A stretch of DNA of 64,000 nucleotides from Camelus ferus (GCF_009834535.1 NC_045707.1:63614001-63678000), one strand, 5' to 3'; positions 1-13,959 are shown, counted from the first letter of the stretch. Program-made: numbers and translations. Notes: generated by a model from the letters alone, not told the origin.

Positions 1-799
1 ACTGGAAGACCCTCCCAGTCCTCTGCTTTGACTAGCCCGAACTAGGTAAGAACAGAAGTTTATATTCTCTCATTTGCCTGAGTTTCCTCTTGGAGCCAGA
101 TGACCAGGCAAAGGCAGGTATGTGTCACAATGAAGCAAGGCAGACGCCCTCCTGAATCACTGCCGTGAATCACAAACTATTTCCTGATACCGGGCTATGT
201 TGGAATGAGTTCCCCTATCACTCTCTGGGAATGGGTCAAGAGGCAGGAATATTTTATCTTCTTGACAACTAATTAGCCAGGTGGTAATTGAAAGATGTTT
301 CCTGGTTTCACCTGGGCTCCTCTGAAGCATATCAAAGAGATGCAGTAACATAAAAGCCAGGTACTGCCACCGTTAGGACAAGTATAAAGTAAGCTGCATG
401 GTCATATAGTTGAAGCAAGGGTAGAAAGTGGACGCCAACACAAAACAGAGGGCGTTGCTCAGTCAAAAAATCTTGTTTCCACAACTCACACCACATGGCC
501 AACCCTGGACAGCCACTTCACAGATACATCACATTGAAAAGGTGACCAAAGGAGAATGTGTGGACATGATACTAAAAGAAACTCCAAGTTCATTCCCCAT
601 CAACTGTGGGCCAATAGCCTCCTCTTTTCCGCTGAAACTGAATTTGTGGGAAAGATTACGTAATGGTTACTCTCCAATCACATTGCTTAAGGTGGAGAAT
701 CAGACCCATTGGATTTTAGGGCATAAGGGGAATTTAAAAGTTACCAGAGCCTCTCATTTCACCTCTGGAGAAATTAAATACAGAAGGAGAAAAAAAAGA

Positions 800-1160
800 A
801 AGCTAACAGTCACCAAGCTCCTATTGTGTGCTGGGCACTGTGCTAAATGTTTTCATATCCCTTTTAGTAATTTCATCTTTGCTTACAAGAACTCTTTATT
901 ATCCCCACTTGATAAATGGGGAAACTAAAGTTCAGTACATTTAAGCATCTTTTCCAAGGACACACTGTTAGTAAGACACAGAGACGGGTGGGGGTATAGC
1001 TCAGTGGTAGAGTGTGTGCTTAGCATGCATGAGGTCCTGGGTTCAATCCCCAGTGCCTCCATTAATAAGTAAGTAAATAAATAGACAAACCCAATTACAC
1101 CCCCGCCACCACCAAAAGAGACAGAGACAAGATTTGAGATCAAATTCCTCTGACTCAAAG
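800..1160 (-). mobile_element. MIR, split by the SINE at 986-1115
   Basis: TTATTATCCCCACTTGATAAATGGGGAAACTAA core; resumes after the SINE with TCTGACTCAAAGC. Confidence 0.7.
986..1115 (+). mobile_element. Camelid tRNA-derived SINE (Vic-1 type) inserted in a MIR
   Basis: GGGTATAGCTCAGTGGTAGAG (A box) ... GGGTTCAATCCC (B box), A-rich tail; TSD AAGACACAGAGAC (973-985) / AAGAGACAGAGAC (1116-1128). Confidence 0.9.
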
Positions 1161-4100
1161 CTATGTGTTTTTCACTCTGCTGGTGGAGTAAATGAGAAGG
1201 GGGTGTGTGGCGCACAGCCTCAGTTGTGGGGAGAGAGTTTAACCAAGCTGCTTAGCACAAGTGAAAGTGTAGTCAGTGCGTCCCAAGTCTCCTTTCCCAC
1301 CACTCAGTCCTTAACCCTCCAGATTACTTGAGGAGCCTTTTAAAAAATGTCAGTGACTGGGTGCTACAGACAACCAATCAGGACTGTCGACGATGGACCT
1401 GAGCATCTGTATTGTTTTAGAAGCTCCCAGAGAAATCGTAAGACATAGCCGGGGTGGAGACCCACTGTCGTAACGGAGGATGCTCGAGCTCTCCTAGCAG
1501 GCTTCAAGCAACTAGTACTTACAACTAAAGCTAAATGCGATGATGGAATTTTGAGCTGCCCGTGTTTAATGCCACTAAAACTACATCAGACGGACATCCA
1601 TGTACTGAGGAATAATGAACGGTGGGTGAACTTTCATGACTCCGCCACATGCATCCAGTTCCATTCAAGGTCTGATACTTCTCTGCTGAGAATGGACCCT
1701 GTAGACTCTTCTGCGACCAGTTTTTTTTTAAAGCTCATGCAGTCGGCACTGATACTGGACTCGAGGGGCCCATCATGGATAAATCGGAACATCCCCACTG
1801 CAGCCTACATACTAAAGCACCTCTACGGATCCAGACAGAAAACATGACAACAATAATTCCAAAATCAGACTAGGTGTCAAACTCCAGGGAAATACGAAAG
1901 ATGGCGAGTCTTAGCTCATAGTACGAATAAACAAAGTAAGCAGAAACTAAAATAACAACTCTAGTGGCCAACACGTCTTGAATGCTATGGGCCAGGCACT
2001 GTGCTGGGTGCTTTATAAAGTGAGAATGAGATGTGTCATGGCTACTGTGGTGTTGGATTCTTGGTGCAAAACTGGATTTACTTTTGAGCTTGTTAAATAC
2101 TTGAAGGAGACAGTGTTCTACCTCCCTAGCTTTTAGTGGAGTCCAAATGCTTATAGGTAGACAAGAAAGTAAAAAGTTGTCAGTTAAAAAGGAAAGAAGA
2201 AGGAAAATACCAGAGATCCAAAAACATTAAGGAATCAATTCTTTGTGGTAGAAAAGGAACTATCGCCTGGGTTTTAAGTTAAAGTGTCATTATCAGAAAC
2301 CTGCAACTTACCAACATAAAACCTTTATTAGCATTACAACGACAAGGTAATCTGACCATACACAGGAGAGAAGAAATTATAAATTTGAAAGAAAAAAATC
2401 ATACAATATAGCAGAATAAGTTATATTGTCTCATTAAGAGTGAAAGCCTGAAGCAAGAAGTCTAACAGAATTCCTAATGGGACGTCAGGGATTTCTAAGT
2501 GGAAGTGATCACTGCTGTACTTCGCTGGTTTGCACCCTCTTCGCTGCTCGGTCACCTGGCAGAGACGCTGAGAAGGACCCACTGTTCAGATCCCTGAGCG
2601 AGTGGAGATGCAGTATGCACAGTAACCCCACTGTCTCACTGAGCCTAGGCTCTGAGCACCTGTATTTCAGGTCCAGAAACAAGATTATTAACTTTTGTGG
2701 AACATTCTCAGAAATAAACGCCGGATTGTTCTCATCCCAGTGTCTCTGGCTAAGGCATATGGTGTAGACAAAGGAAACCGAAGTCCCTGGACACTCTTCA
2801 AACAGGCAAAGAAAGATGTTTCATGTTGCTAATTAAAGTGATGAATTAATTCTGAAAAGTTGACATTATCTTTAGTTTCTATGAGACGGGAGGACTTAAA
2901 GGCTGGGCTGACAACGACTCGGGGGCTGAAAGAGGTTTCAGGCTATCGGGAGTCTGAGGGAGAAGGCTGAGCCTTCTCTTCAAACTTTGTTACCAATTAA
3001 ATTCTGTTGGGCTGGAATCACGCTATTTCACACTGTTTCACAAAGTGCAATAGCCATTAAGTCCTGCATGTAAAGAAGCTCGCGATCCGCACGCAGGCTG
3101 TGTCATCCACAGCTGGACCCCTGAGCATCTAATTATGAACAGGTTTCCAGTGTGAGTTCACAACCATCGCCTTATCTCACCAGATCTCTCTTAAAAGATT
3201 CAATTATTTAGCCATAATTGCACCTGTCAGCACACGCAGCCTCCAATCTCCACATCGGCAAACTTTTTCTCTTTTTAACTCATCCCTTTGATGCATTTTC
3301 GCCTGAATAGTGCTTTTCAGAGCCCTTTTCACAAAAGTGCTCTGTTCGCTGGAAATGTAGGACCTTTCAAAACGGTTAGCACTGCAAAACATCATGTCTC
3401 CTTCTGAAAAAAAAAAAAAAGAAGAAGAAGAAAAAAAATAGAAAAGCTAGAGCTGGTATCAGACACTACACTTTGGCTGCTCTAAATTGGAATCTTCTCT
3501 GATAAGCCCTGTTTAGGAGGATTCTAAAGCTTACAAAGGGACCTGGGCAAAATGCCTCCAGAGAATTCTTAAATCATTCTGAGAATGTGGTGATCACTTT
3601 GCTGCTGGGAAAGAAGGGTGCCAGTGGTTAAGTTCAAATTCAGAATGAGTCTGGCATTCTTCCCCCCTTATCAGTCTTCAAAGCTGATGCCTCGTGCTTC
3701 GTGTTGAACAACTTTTTTATTTTTGCTGTAAATTAAAGCTTTTGAGAAGCAATGAGTGTGAACTCAACGTTTGCCTCCCATCCCAAATCAGCACATCGGT
3801 CTTTGAAGCCCGATTTCCATGGATTTTGTTTGTTCTGCAGTGACACAGAAGCCAACACTTCAGCTAAACCAAGAAGAGAAGGCAAGGAAGGTGGGGCAGG
3901 GGGCGGGGTGGGGAGCTTGCATTGATGAAAAGAAGCAGGAGGGTGAGCTGGGAGCCAAAATAGGGCTTTGGGGTTTTTTTGTGTGTAGGGGGGTAGGTTT
4001 CCAGCTTTTATGCAACATTTTATGGGTAAGTGCAAGTTATCTGGGATGACACATCAGGACACATTGAAAAGGGGGTGACTTGGTTTGTTCTCACTGCACT

Positions 4101-4163
4101 AAGGATGCAATAATGGGAATTAATTTGGTATTGAGGGAAGTTTTGGTTTTTTTTTTTTTTTCA

Positions 4164-4186
4164 GTGCTCGCTTTGGAGCCATATAC
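4164..4186 (+). pseudogene. Possible U6 snRNA 5' fragment
   Basis: GTGCTCGCTTTGGAGCCATATAC versus U6 GTGCTCGCTTCGGCAGCACATATAC (1 mismatch, 2 gaps); starts at U6 +1 but very short. Confidence 0.45.
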
Positions 4187-4888
4187 AGAGTTTCTTTAGA
4201 TTGAAAATAGCATACTGTAAAATCTGGCCCAGGTAAGACTGTAGGCAGCTCTTATGATCACTTCCTCTTATGTCCCTGTAAGAGTATAGAGAAATACCTG
4301 TGTGGCCCTCTTTTTATGAAGCCGTGCACCTGGACCCTACCCTGGTGGAAACCTTCCCTTTTTCCCCCTGGGGATCATAAGGAAGGCCACCAGTGTTACT
4401 CTTCCTCGCTGCAATTCTTTTGAGACCAGCAGAAGACATGACCGTTATTTTTTTTGAAATTTAGTTTAAGAAGCATTGATTGTGTACCCATTAAGTACAA
4501 GTGCTATGTTAGGACCTGAGGCTTAAAAGCAAGTAAGACATAATCCTAGAATAACTCTTAGCAAAAGTCACCTCATGGTTCCATCAGAGGGCAAACAGCA
4601 AGTACTAACTTTCCTGATCCAGGGAAAGAAACAGGTTTCCAGTTCTCACAAGTATCAGTAAAGGGCTGCATGGGAAACTGTCCTCGGGTCCCTAGTTCCT
4701 CATCATCTCAGACAGTTCTTATTTCTTAAAGAAACAGGAGATTTTTAGCTCTTTCCCTGTCTGCCCCACAACCACTAAATTCTCACTAGATCTTGAGGAG
4801 GCAATATAACATAATGGTTCTAAGTATGTAGTCTGGAGTCAGACCTAAGTCCGTGTCCCACGTTCCTGTGTAATCAAGGCACTTAGAG

Positions 4889-4961
4889 CAGTGCCGTGCA
4901 ACAGGGCTTCCTGCAGTGATGGACATATTTTGTATCTGCGTCGTCCAACATGGTAGCCACT
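4889..4961 (+). mobile_element. MER3-like hAT fragment
   Basis: CTGCAGTGATGGACATATTTTGTATCTGCGTCGTCCAACATGGTAGCCACT. Confidence 0.7.
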
Positions 4962-4977
4962 TGGTACAGGAGTTCTT

Positions 4978-5077
4978 TTTTCTTTTTTTAAACATTTTTT
5001 TAATTGAGTTATAGTCATTTTACAATGTTGTGTCAAACTCCAGTGTAGAGCACAATTTTTCAATTACACTATCTCAT
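4978..5077 (-). mobile_element. Short L1 3' tip
   Basis: Poly-T then TAATTGAGTTATAGTCATTTTACAATGTTGTGTCAA (reverse complement of the same L1 3' end); TSD GGAGTTCTT at 4969-4977 and 5078-5086. Confidence 0.75.
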
Positions 5078-5996
5078 GGAGTTCTTAAACAACATCGTAA
5101 GATCATGCATTGGAAATACAAGTTCCAAACAAGTAATATATCATCACACAGTAAATCATACTGACACTAAGTCTATTGGACTTCATGAAGCGTTGCCCTT
5201 TTGGAAGATATTTTATCACTTAAACAAGCAGCAGTAAGTTTCTCTAGAACGGAGGCCATGCCATGTTCCTCTTTGGGTTCCTGGTGCTTAGACAATCCTG
5301 ACACACAACAGATGTTTAATAACTGCTTTGTGAAATCAACAGAATAAAGCAGAGGTGGTGGGGCCCTCTTGCACCAGACAGAGGTAAACCCAAGTGAATC
5401 CCAAGGGTGGTTTTCCTAATTTCCAGTGTAGCATCAGGGCTCTGGACTAGATCTTGGTTTTGCTGTCTTCTAGTTGTATGACCATTGGGAAATGCCCTGA
5501 CTTCTTTGAACTCTAGGATTGCCATTGGTTAAATAAAAAAAAAAAAAAAAAAAACCTGCTGACCTCACAGACATGACGGAATGACACCAGACAGACAGAC
5601 CAGGCGTGGGGAACGTCAGAGCCTTTTCCCTCCTCTCTCGTGGTGGCATCTGTACCTGTCAACCAATGTCATTCTCTACACAGCAGTGAAGACGCACAAC
5701 CATTGGTGACTTCTTCCTTGCCTAAAATTCAGTCACTCTGAACTTCTTCTGAACTTGTCATTTAAAAGGCAAATATTCCTTAAAAAAATTTTTTTCCCGG
5801 TCATCTCCATTTTTCACACCTGAAGGTATCTACATGAGCTTCTCCCTGACAACGCAGCACCCAGGGGATACAAACTGTGATTCGGGGGTGGGTGCTTATG
5901 AATGCCGATGCTGGATTACAGGCACCGCACAGGGAAGGCAACGCTTGTGGGAGTGAGTCAGTGGGAAAAAAGGAATTGTGCTTTGAATTTGTTAAA

Positions 5997-6080
5997 ATAT
6001 ATGTATATGTGTGTATGTGTGTGTGTGTGTGTGTGTATGTATACACACACACATACACACACACATACACATGTACACAT
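5997..6080. repeat. Compound (TG)n-(CA)n alternating purine-pyrimidine tract
   Basis: TG/TA run followed by CA/TA run, centred on GTATAC at 6039-6044. Confidence 0.92.
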
Positions 6081-6967
6081 TCACATAGCTGAAAGCATTA
6101 TCTTGAGTCATTCCTGTTAACAGCCTAAGAGAACAACAGGGATCTAGCAGGCACTTAGGTACAAATTTGGTTTCAAAATGCACAGGTTTTAAATACTGTA
6201 TAGGGTTGTGTGTAGGGTTTTTTCTATAGGATGTCTATTGTTAAGAGCGCTCAAAGCTTTTGAGACAAAAAGCTCAGTTTACAGTCTTTGGGATTATTTT
6301 TGCTTTGAGGCATCTCACAAAACCAGATACAATATTGTGATTGGACACCTGGGAGACCAGGTCTGGGAACGTGGCCTTGTAACTGAGGATGCGCTGGGAC
6401 GTGCCGAGGCGTATCAGCCTATTTGGTATTTATATAAAACTTCTCCTCTGCAAAGATCAAAGCGTATTTCATCACCCCTCACACAGGGAGGTTAAGTGGT
6501 TTGCCAACAGTCACACTGAGAGCTGAGAGTGGGGCCTGGACATCGGGCCCGCGGTCCTCAGGGCCTTCTGCCCGAGGACACGGAGACAGCAGCCTCCCAT
6601 CTGCGTCACTGCTCTACAGTGAGGCGCTTGCCCCTTCTTTTTCCCACTGAAATAAAAGACGCCTCCTCTTGATAAATGGGGCAGGCTAACCTGCGGTCCT
6701 GGGAAGATCAAAGAAGAAAGTGGGCCTCTGACCAGGCCTGGTAATTGGACCAAACATGGGATGAGACAGCACAGAGCCAGACCATCTAACAGGCACACCC
6801 AGTCCTTGGGGTTCTGGCAAAGCAGGGCCATCAAATTAAAGTAAGAAAGTGTCACTCTCAACTATCTTATACAAAACTGGTAATTAGAAAACCAAGAAAG
6901 AAGCAATTCAACTTCAGCACACATACAAGTTTTGAGTTTTCCTGTTTAGCGTTACTGTTACCTATAG

Positions 6968-7215
6968 AAGAGTGGATGACTGCACAGACGCTGGCACAGC
7001 TCCCTGAGTTCAAATCCTGACTCCCCCACTTACCAGCTGTGTGACCTTGAGCAACTAACTTAACCTTTCTGTGCCTCAATGTCCTCACCCACAAATCCAG
7101 AATAATAATAGTAACTCACAACTCTGAGGGTTATGAGTATTAAGTGAATTCATCCACATACAACACTTAAAGTAGTACCCGGCATGCAAAAGCTGAACTA
7201 CACGATTGCTATTAA
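6968..7215 (+). mobile_element. MIR, near full length
   Basis: GTTCAAATCCTGACTCCCCCACTTACCAGCTGTGTGACCTTGAGCAA...TCTGTGCCTCA core. Confidence 0.85.
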
Positions 7216-9929
7216 TAGGTAAAAAAAAAAAAAAAAAAAAAAGTAGTATTGCTTCTGCTATTGTTATTGTTGTTGAAATTACCTATGTTGCAGACGGAAG
7301 GGATGAAAATACTCTCAGGTCTTAGAGCCTCTAACGTCTGAACTGACCCTGGGTGTCAAACCCAATTTTCTGAGGGAGAAGATGGCTGCTAAGCTTGGAG
7401 TGTGAATTCCGGGTTAAAGCTCAGGAAAGGGAGGCCAGATGGGATCGGCTTTCTGAGAACATGCCATTTTCTGAGAATCGCCAGTATGATGCTGCTCTGC
7501 TGTCCGGAACAGCAAAAATGATGGCAGCCCTGCGGAGGAAGCCAGTTGGCCAGGCAGGAAGCTTGGCACCATGCTTGGCAGGGATCAGGGTGATCTGTGG
7601 GAAAGAGTAATTTTAAGCTACACAAGAGCTCATAGGAATGAGGTTCAACTCTATAAAGTTCTGGCTTATCTCCCCTGCTCTGCAGTAAGACCCTACTCAG
7701 ACTTGACTTCAGTAAAGCCCAATGACTGTCAGGGCTTACTTACATCAGACAAATTTCCAGACCCAGAATCTCTCAGATGGCAGCAAGGAGGGAAAGTTGG
7801 GAAAGAAATGGCCTATCTTCCGTCTCATTACAGATCGAGAGAAAGGCATCTGTTCGAGAGAGGGGGCAGCCAACTTTTCTTATAAATTTAAAAGTCTGTG
7901 TCTTCACCTGCTGATATGGATTACTTAACAAATGAGGATGAATGTCGGAGCCACAAGAAAAGGAAATAAATGTCATCGCCAGTTTTTGAGAGGGTTCTGT
8001 CCTAACAAGCAAAGGTTAAGCATAAAATTCAGTTACTTAACTTCAAAACATGAAAAATAACATCAGAAATAATTCACTTTGATTTTTCTTGTAAAATTGA
8101 ATCACAGCAGCAACTCTAAGGAAAAAATCACCTGACTGCAAAAACCTTTTTTTAAACTTTAAAACAGTTATATTTTAAAATAACATTAATTGCCCTTAAA
8201 CTGTTCAATTGTGACAAGAAAGATTTTCCTTCACGCAAATGCATTCAGTTGTATTATGGCAATAAATGCTGCAAGATGAGTCAGTGGTGCCATGAATTAT
8301 TTCCTAATGGTGAAAGTTTGCTCTTTGGTTTGAAAAGTGACACAGCAGGAAAGAGCAGAAGACAGATCCACAACCATACGTGCTGAATCATCAACCATCC
8401 CAATGCAGCCCTGAATCTGGAACTCCCTGACTGATTAAGCTTATACTATGTTGCACCAAGGACATTTTTGTTACTAGCATTATCAAGCGTAACATCGGAA
8501 AAATAAAGTAGAAGGAATATTTTTAAACATTCTTATTAAAACATTTTTCAAAAGGGATTTCTGGTGCACAACTACACTATTACTTTGGCAACAGCTCTTC
8601 TGGAAAGACAGATACTGCACTGGCTTGACGTCCAAGAAATGATGTTGAAGGCTGTATGTTTATATTGAAAATTCCTGGTTTTGTCTCCCTGAGCAACGCA
8701 CAGTGGGTAAGAGGGTTGTGCTACTGATAAGTATTTCAACACTGCCCCGGGTGATGTTTTATGTTCCAAAGGTACAGAACCATGAGGGGTCTGGCCACCT
8801 CTGCTCTCCATCCAGAAATCTAGCTGGGGCGGGGGAAGTGGGGAGGGGCGGTGGTGGAGGCCTGTTCTGGAGAGAACAAGACTGGATTATAATACCTTAG
8901 AAAATAGGTTTTCCTGGCCTTACCCTCCTTCATTTCCAAGACTTCAGTCTGTGCACACAGCTTCTGAAGAAAAAGCATGCGATTTGGCCCCAGGAGAATC
9001 TGGTTTTATTAAACTGTATTTCTTGTTAAAGAGCTCTGCCTTTATAAGCTACCACTGGCCTTCGGGACTGCAGATAAAATGGAAAATCGTATACACGGGT
9101 ACACGCGCACATGCAAATTCAGTTAGCAAGTATTCAACATGCACCTTGCACAAAACACACTCAACAGGTCTGTGGGAAATACAAAGAATAGACACAACAG
9201 ATCCCCTAGAAGGAAATGCCCAGAGAAGAAAAGCCAAACCAACTAAAGCAAAACTAGGGGGAGTGGGATAAATATGAGAAATACGACAGCTGAAAATCCA
9301 AAGCACCTTCGGAAAACCGGAAGGCTGACGTGAGAGATCAGACCAGGCCAATCGAGACTGGAGAGTGAGGGAGAGATCGCTCCTCCAACTCGCTTATCTT
9401 CCCAGTGTGCCAAGGCTTTCCTTCCTAAACTGGATCTCCACCGCGCCTCTGCAGCAAGAATCTTCTAGAGACAAATCCAGAGATGTTCCTGCGTCTCTGA
9501 TCTACTCTCCTCCCTCGGGGAGGAGGACCCACTCACTTCAGGACAGTCTGCAAGGACCTCCACCTGTACTTTCCAAGCTCGTGGTGTATCTTTGTCTCTT
9601 TTTTTAATTGAAGTATACTCAGCATGATGTATCTTCTTAACGTCATATTTCAGTAGCTCAGGTATAACTTAGAACACATCACAGACTGACATTGCTTTTA
9701 AGAGAGGGCAATGGGCTTTCCTGCCTTTAGAGTAAGACAATATTCGGGGTTTATTACCCAAAGCAGGGGGAAATGTTTTTTCAGCCCCAAGTGAAGTGCA
9801 CTTGGGTCTCTCTCTTTTTCTTTCTGTCCCTCACTCTCTCCTTCTCTTTCTCTCATTTTAATAAGGAGGAGGTGCGGACAACTTTCACATTTCCTTTCCC
9901 TCCTCTCTTTCAGGTCCACAGTGAAAAAT

Positions 9930-9961
<32 letters not shown>

Positions 9962-10149
9962 GAAATGATCTTCATCCCCAAAGCAAAACAGATGAACAGA
10001 ATAGGTTGCCCCTCCTGGGTGTGATGTGAAGAGAAGACTATTCTGGTCCAACTGACCCGTCCTCAGAGTTTTAGCTCGTGTCTGAAAATTCCACCATTAA
10101 TGGTTAATGATTTTGCCTGAAGACATTAAATATATAAAAATTGTTTATT

Positions 10150-10808
10150 ATAAAGAAGTTGTGGGAGCAGAGTATAGCTCAAGCAGTAGAGTGCATGCTT
10201 AGCATGCACAAGGTCCTGGGTTCAATTCCCACTACCTCCATTAAAAATAAAAAAATAAATAAACCTAATTAACCCCCCAAAAAAATTCTTAAAAAAATTT
10301 TTAATTAAAAAAAGAAGTTGTGGAATGTATATACAATGGAATACTACTCAGCCATAAAAAAGAATAAAATAATGCCACTTGCAGCAACATGGATGGACCT
10401 AGAAACTGTCAGACTAAACTAGGTAAGCCAGAAAGAAAGAAAAATACCAATGATGTCATTCACATGTGGAATCTTTAAAAAATGACGCAAATGGACTTAT
10501 TTTCAAAACAGAAACAGACTCAGACGTAGAAAACAAACATATGGTTACCAATAGGGGAAAGAGGAGGGATAAGTTGGGAGTTCAAGATTTGCAGACACAC
10601 ACTACTGTATATGAAATAGATAAACAAGTTTCTACTGTAGAGCACAGGGAACTATATTCAGTATCTTGTAGTAACCTATAATGAAAAAGAAGATGAAAAG
10701 GAATATTTCCACATATATATAGGACTAAAACATTATGCTATATACCAGAAATTGACATAAAATTATACACCAACGATACTTCAATAAAAAAGATAATAAA
10801 AATTAAAA
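10150..10808 (+). mobile_element. 5'-truncated L1 (ORF2 end plus 3' UTR), interrupted by a SINE
   Basis: ATACAATGGAATACTACTCAGCCATAAAAAAGAAT...GCAGCAACATGGATGGACCTAG (L1 ORF2 C-terminus) through to AATAAAAAA tail. Confidence 0.88.
10165..10310 (+). mobile_element. Camelid tRNA-derived SINE (Vic-1 type) nested in an L1
   Basis: Same head and tail as the other copies; TSD AAAGAAGTTGTGG at 10152-10164 and 10311-10323. Confidence 0.9.
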
Positions 10809-11624
10809 TGCTTCTTCTATGGAGGGGTGTCCAGTATCAGTTCCTGAAATCGGAGTAAAGCTGTGGGAGGGAGTGGAGGGCACTCACCAGTAAGGGGCTG
10901 CAGCCCTGCAGGAGGAGGCACTAACACCACACAGCGGGTAGCCAGGACTTGCCCTGTGCTCCCTCACTCCCCCAACCTCAGACTGAGGCTGGGGCTCTAA
11001 GTACGTCTCAAACCTGGCACCTCCCGGAGGCAGTGGCGCTTAGGGCTTCAGCCCACTTTGGACTCAGTTTTCACTTTCTAAGCCAGGTTTGGAGATCCAC
11101 TCCAACCTCAGTCTGGATATTCCTGTTCCTGTTTTCCCTTTGCCAGCTGGCCTTGAGTTAATCACAGTCCTATGAAGGAGACTGACACATGAACAAATAA
11201 ACCACACAGTGTCCTAAGTGCTAAAATAGAAGTAAGGCAAAGTGCTACAGCAACGTCTCGCTCTGCCTGGACTGGACTTTAATCCTGAGACTTAAAATGA
11301 TTTCACAAGAGTCAGTCCGGGCCAAATGAACCACCCGTGCAGAAGGATGGAGGCCTGAAGCAGCAGGCTCATGGGGATGGTGAGAAGTCCAGTGTGGCTT
11401 CAGCAGAAGGCTTTGGACGGGCAGGGAGGCAGAACCCATGATTTGATGAGATCAGACATTTTTCCCAATAGGAAAGAGGGAACCAATAGAAGCTAAACAG
11501 GGGAACACTACACTGGTTCAGAAAGGAAGCCAAGTCTACAGGTTGCTTCTAAAAGGAAGGGGTACAATAACTGGCAGACAGAGCAGCGATGTTAACGTGA
11601 CCTGTCAAGTTTCATCTTCTCAAA

Positions 11625-11846
11625 CAGTGGCTCTCACTGGGGGAGATGGCCCCCCCCCCGGGGACACTTGGCAACGTCTGATGACATCTTTGGTTATCAC
11701 ATCTGGCAGGGGTGGGAGCGTCCTCTTGACATCTAGCGGGTAGAGGCCAGGGCTGTTGCTAAACGCCTCACAGTGCACAGGAGAGCCTCCCACAACGAGG
11801 AGTTATCTGACTCAAAATATCAATAGTGCAAGGTTGAGAAACCCTG
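11625..11846 (+). mobile_element. MER20 (hAT-Charlie MITE), essentially full length
   Basis: Termini CAGTGGCTCTCA...TGAGAAACCCTG; internal GGGTAGAGGCCAGGG; 8-bp TSD TTCTCAAA / TTCTAAAA. Confidence 0.88.
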
Positions 11847-13259
11847 TTCTAAAAGATGAGGTGGCCAGAGGGCGCAGGAGCCACACCAGCCTTCTCAGAG
11901 AGTAAAGAGGAGAGCAGGAGATGGTGGGGCCTCTCATACTGCTTTTCTGCCACCATCCACATACACGGCGATGCTCACACACCCACGTAATTTGGAGCAT
12001 TGCTTCTTTCCCTCTCATTCCACGGAGTGACAGGGATGCTATTACTGGAATAACCTTGGGTTTGACCCACTGATTTTTTTAAAGGAAATCATTTGCAAAC
12101 TTCAATACTCGATTAGCGACAAAGTTGCTTGCGATCACAGCTAATCAAAGTATGTAGCTATGGGGCAAGGAAGAGCGGCATGGCTACCTGCGGCAGTGCT
12201 CGGGCAGAGGGAGACAGAGCAGGAATATGGCCTCACTTAGAGCAGAATCAGTGACCTTTCAATCCAGGTAGAAACACACGGAAAAGCAACTCTTTCCACC
12301 AGGAAAATCAAGAGTCACTGATTCTCTAGGAATTCCCCTACTGTCCTCCAGGCCAGCAAACTCCCCAGGAAACCAATCCAATCTACTTTTTAAATTCAAG
12401 TCCCATTACCTGGCCAGTTTAGAGAAGCCAGAGTTTTAAAACATAAACTGTAGAAACAAGTCAGGTTTAAAATCCAGCACGTATTGCGAGCTGTGAGGGT
12501 AAAAATATGTTCTACCCAAACAGAAAAGGGAAATCAAATTCTTTTTTCAGATAATGTATTTTTGCTGCTTTCACTCTCATTTCTACCTGAGTCTTCAGGG
12601 CTCACCTTTGTCTCATTAGCCCTGCCTCCCTGACAACAGTTCAGCAATTGGAGGTGGTTATGTGGAAACAGAGGACGAGTACCAAGCACAGGAGCCAAGG
12701 TGAACTTCACAAATTGGAGAAGCTGCCCTCTGGTTGGTTCTCAATTGAGGAAATGGAATTGCATTTCAAAGACAATGCCTGTGAAAGTGCTTGGGCGGGA
12801 AACAGCACCCCTGGTCTAATGTTTCATAGCTTCAAACTACAGCGTGTGGCTGGGAAGGGACTTAGGACTTTGCAATACATAAGCAGTAGAAGGATCTTTA
12901 TAAAAAATTGTCTCTGCACAGTGTATTCTGGAAGGATACGGTGGACACTGGGAGCAGTGGTGGCCCCTGGGGAGGATGTAGTAGGTGCTGAGGGAACAGA
13001 AGAGGCTGGAAAAGTATGCCCTTCTGTAAGCTCTGGATGCTGCATCATGTACTTCTATTACCAACTCATAAAAGCACAACAATAATCTAAAAAATAAATG
13101 AATGATGTAAAACCCACCCAAAAAAGAGCCTAGAAAAACAACCCCAAGTTAGCAAACCCCAAGTTTCCTGGGAAACTCGCTCTGACATAGCTTCCTCTTG
13201 TCTGTATTGTCAGAGGAACACAGAAGAAGAAAACACTCAAATCTATAGCAGGAACTGTA

Positions 13260-13928
13260 GTTCACTCCTGACCTCTCAGCCCTTATTTCTAACTACCAAG
13301 GGCTTCTCAACCTCAGGAGGTCCCATCCATGGGCACCTCCAAGACAAGACGCTCCCAACCCAAATCCTCTTTTCTCCCTCTCTACTTCCCTCTTCCCTCC
13401 AAGCCTAGTCTCCCTCCAGTGTTTTCAATTATTATTAGAAAAGGCTACCCACTTAGGCCCCTCAGTCTAAAAACCTTAGCATTGCCTCAGAGACCCTCTG
13501 GTCTCCCCATCCTTGTGATAGTCACCAAATATTGTTAATTCCACCTTGGTGATGTTTTGCACAGAGGTGACCTCTTGTCCTATCCCACTAACCTTTTCCA
13601 GTTCAATGCCTTATAAACTACACTCCTTCACTGGAATGGGAGCCCCTGCTGGCTTTCTAGCTAGTTCATTCTTCACACTTCCCCAGCCCCCAGCCCCCAC
13701 CCCATCATCTTTGTCTCAGACATAATTACCCTATCATGCTTAAGCACCTTGGATAGCTCCCTGCTCCCCACAGAATTACACCCAAATGTCCTGTTTTGAC
13801 AAAAGACTATTTACACTGTGGACAGAAGAATCATTTCACCCCTAACACATACCTGTGCTCTGGCCACTCTCATGTAACAAGCCTTGCTCATTTATGCCGC
13901 TTTCGTGCCTCACATCTTTACTCTGGTT

Positions 13929-13959
<31 letters not shown>

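Noticed and set aside
986..1060. tRNA genes (also at 10165, 22780 and 54510)
   Set aside because: The tRNA-like heads continue into a shared non-tRNA tail and are flanked by TSDs, so they are SINEs
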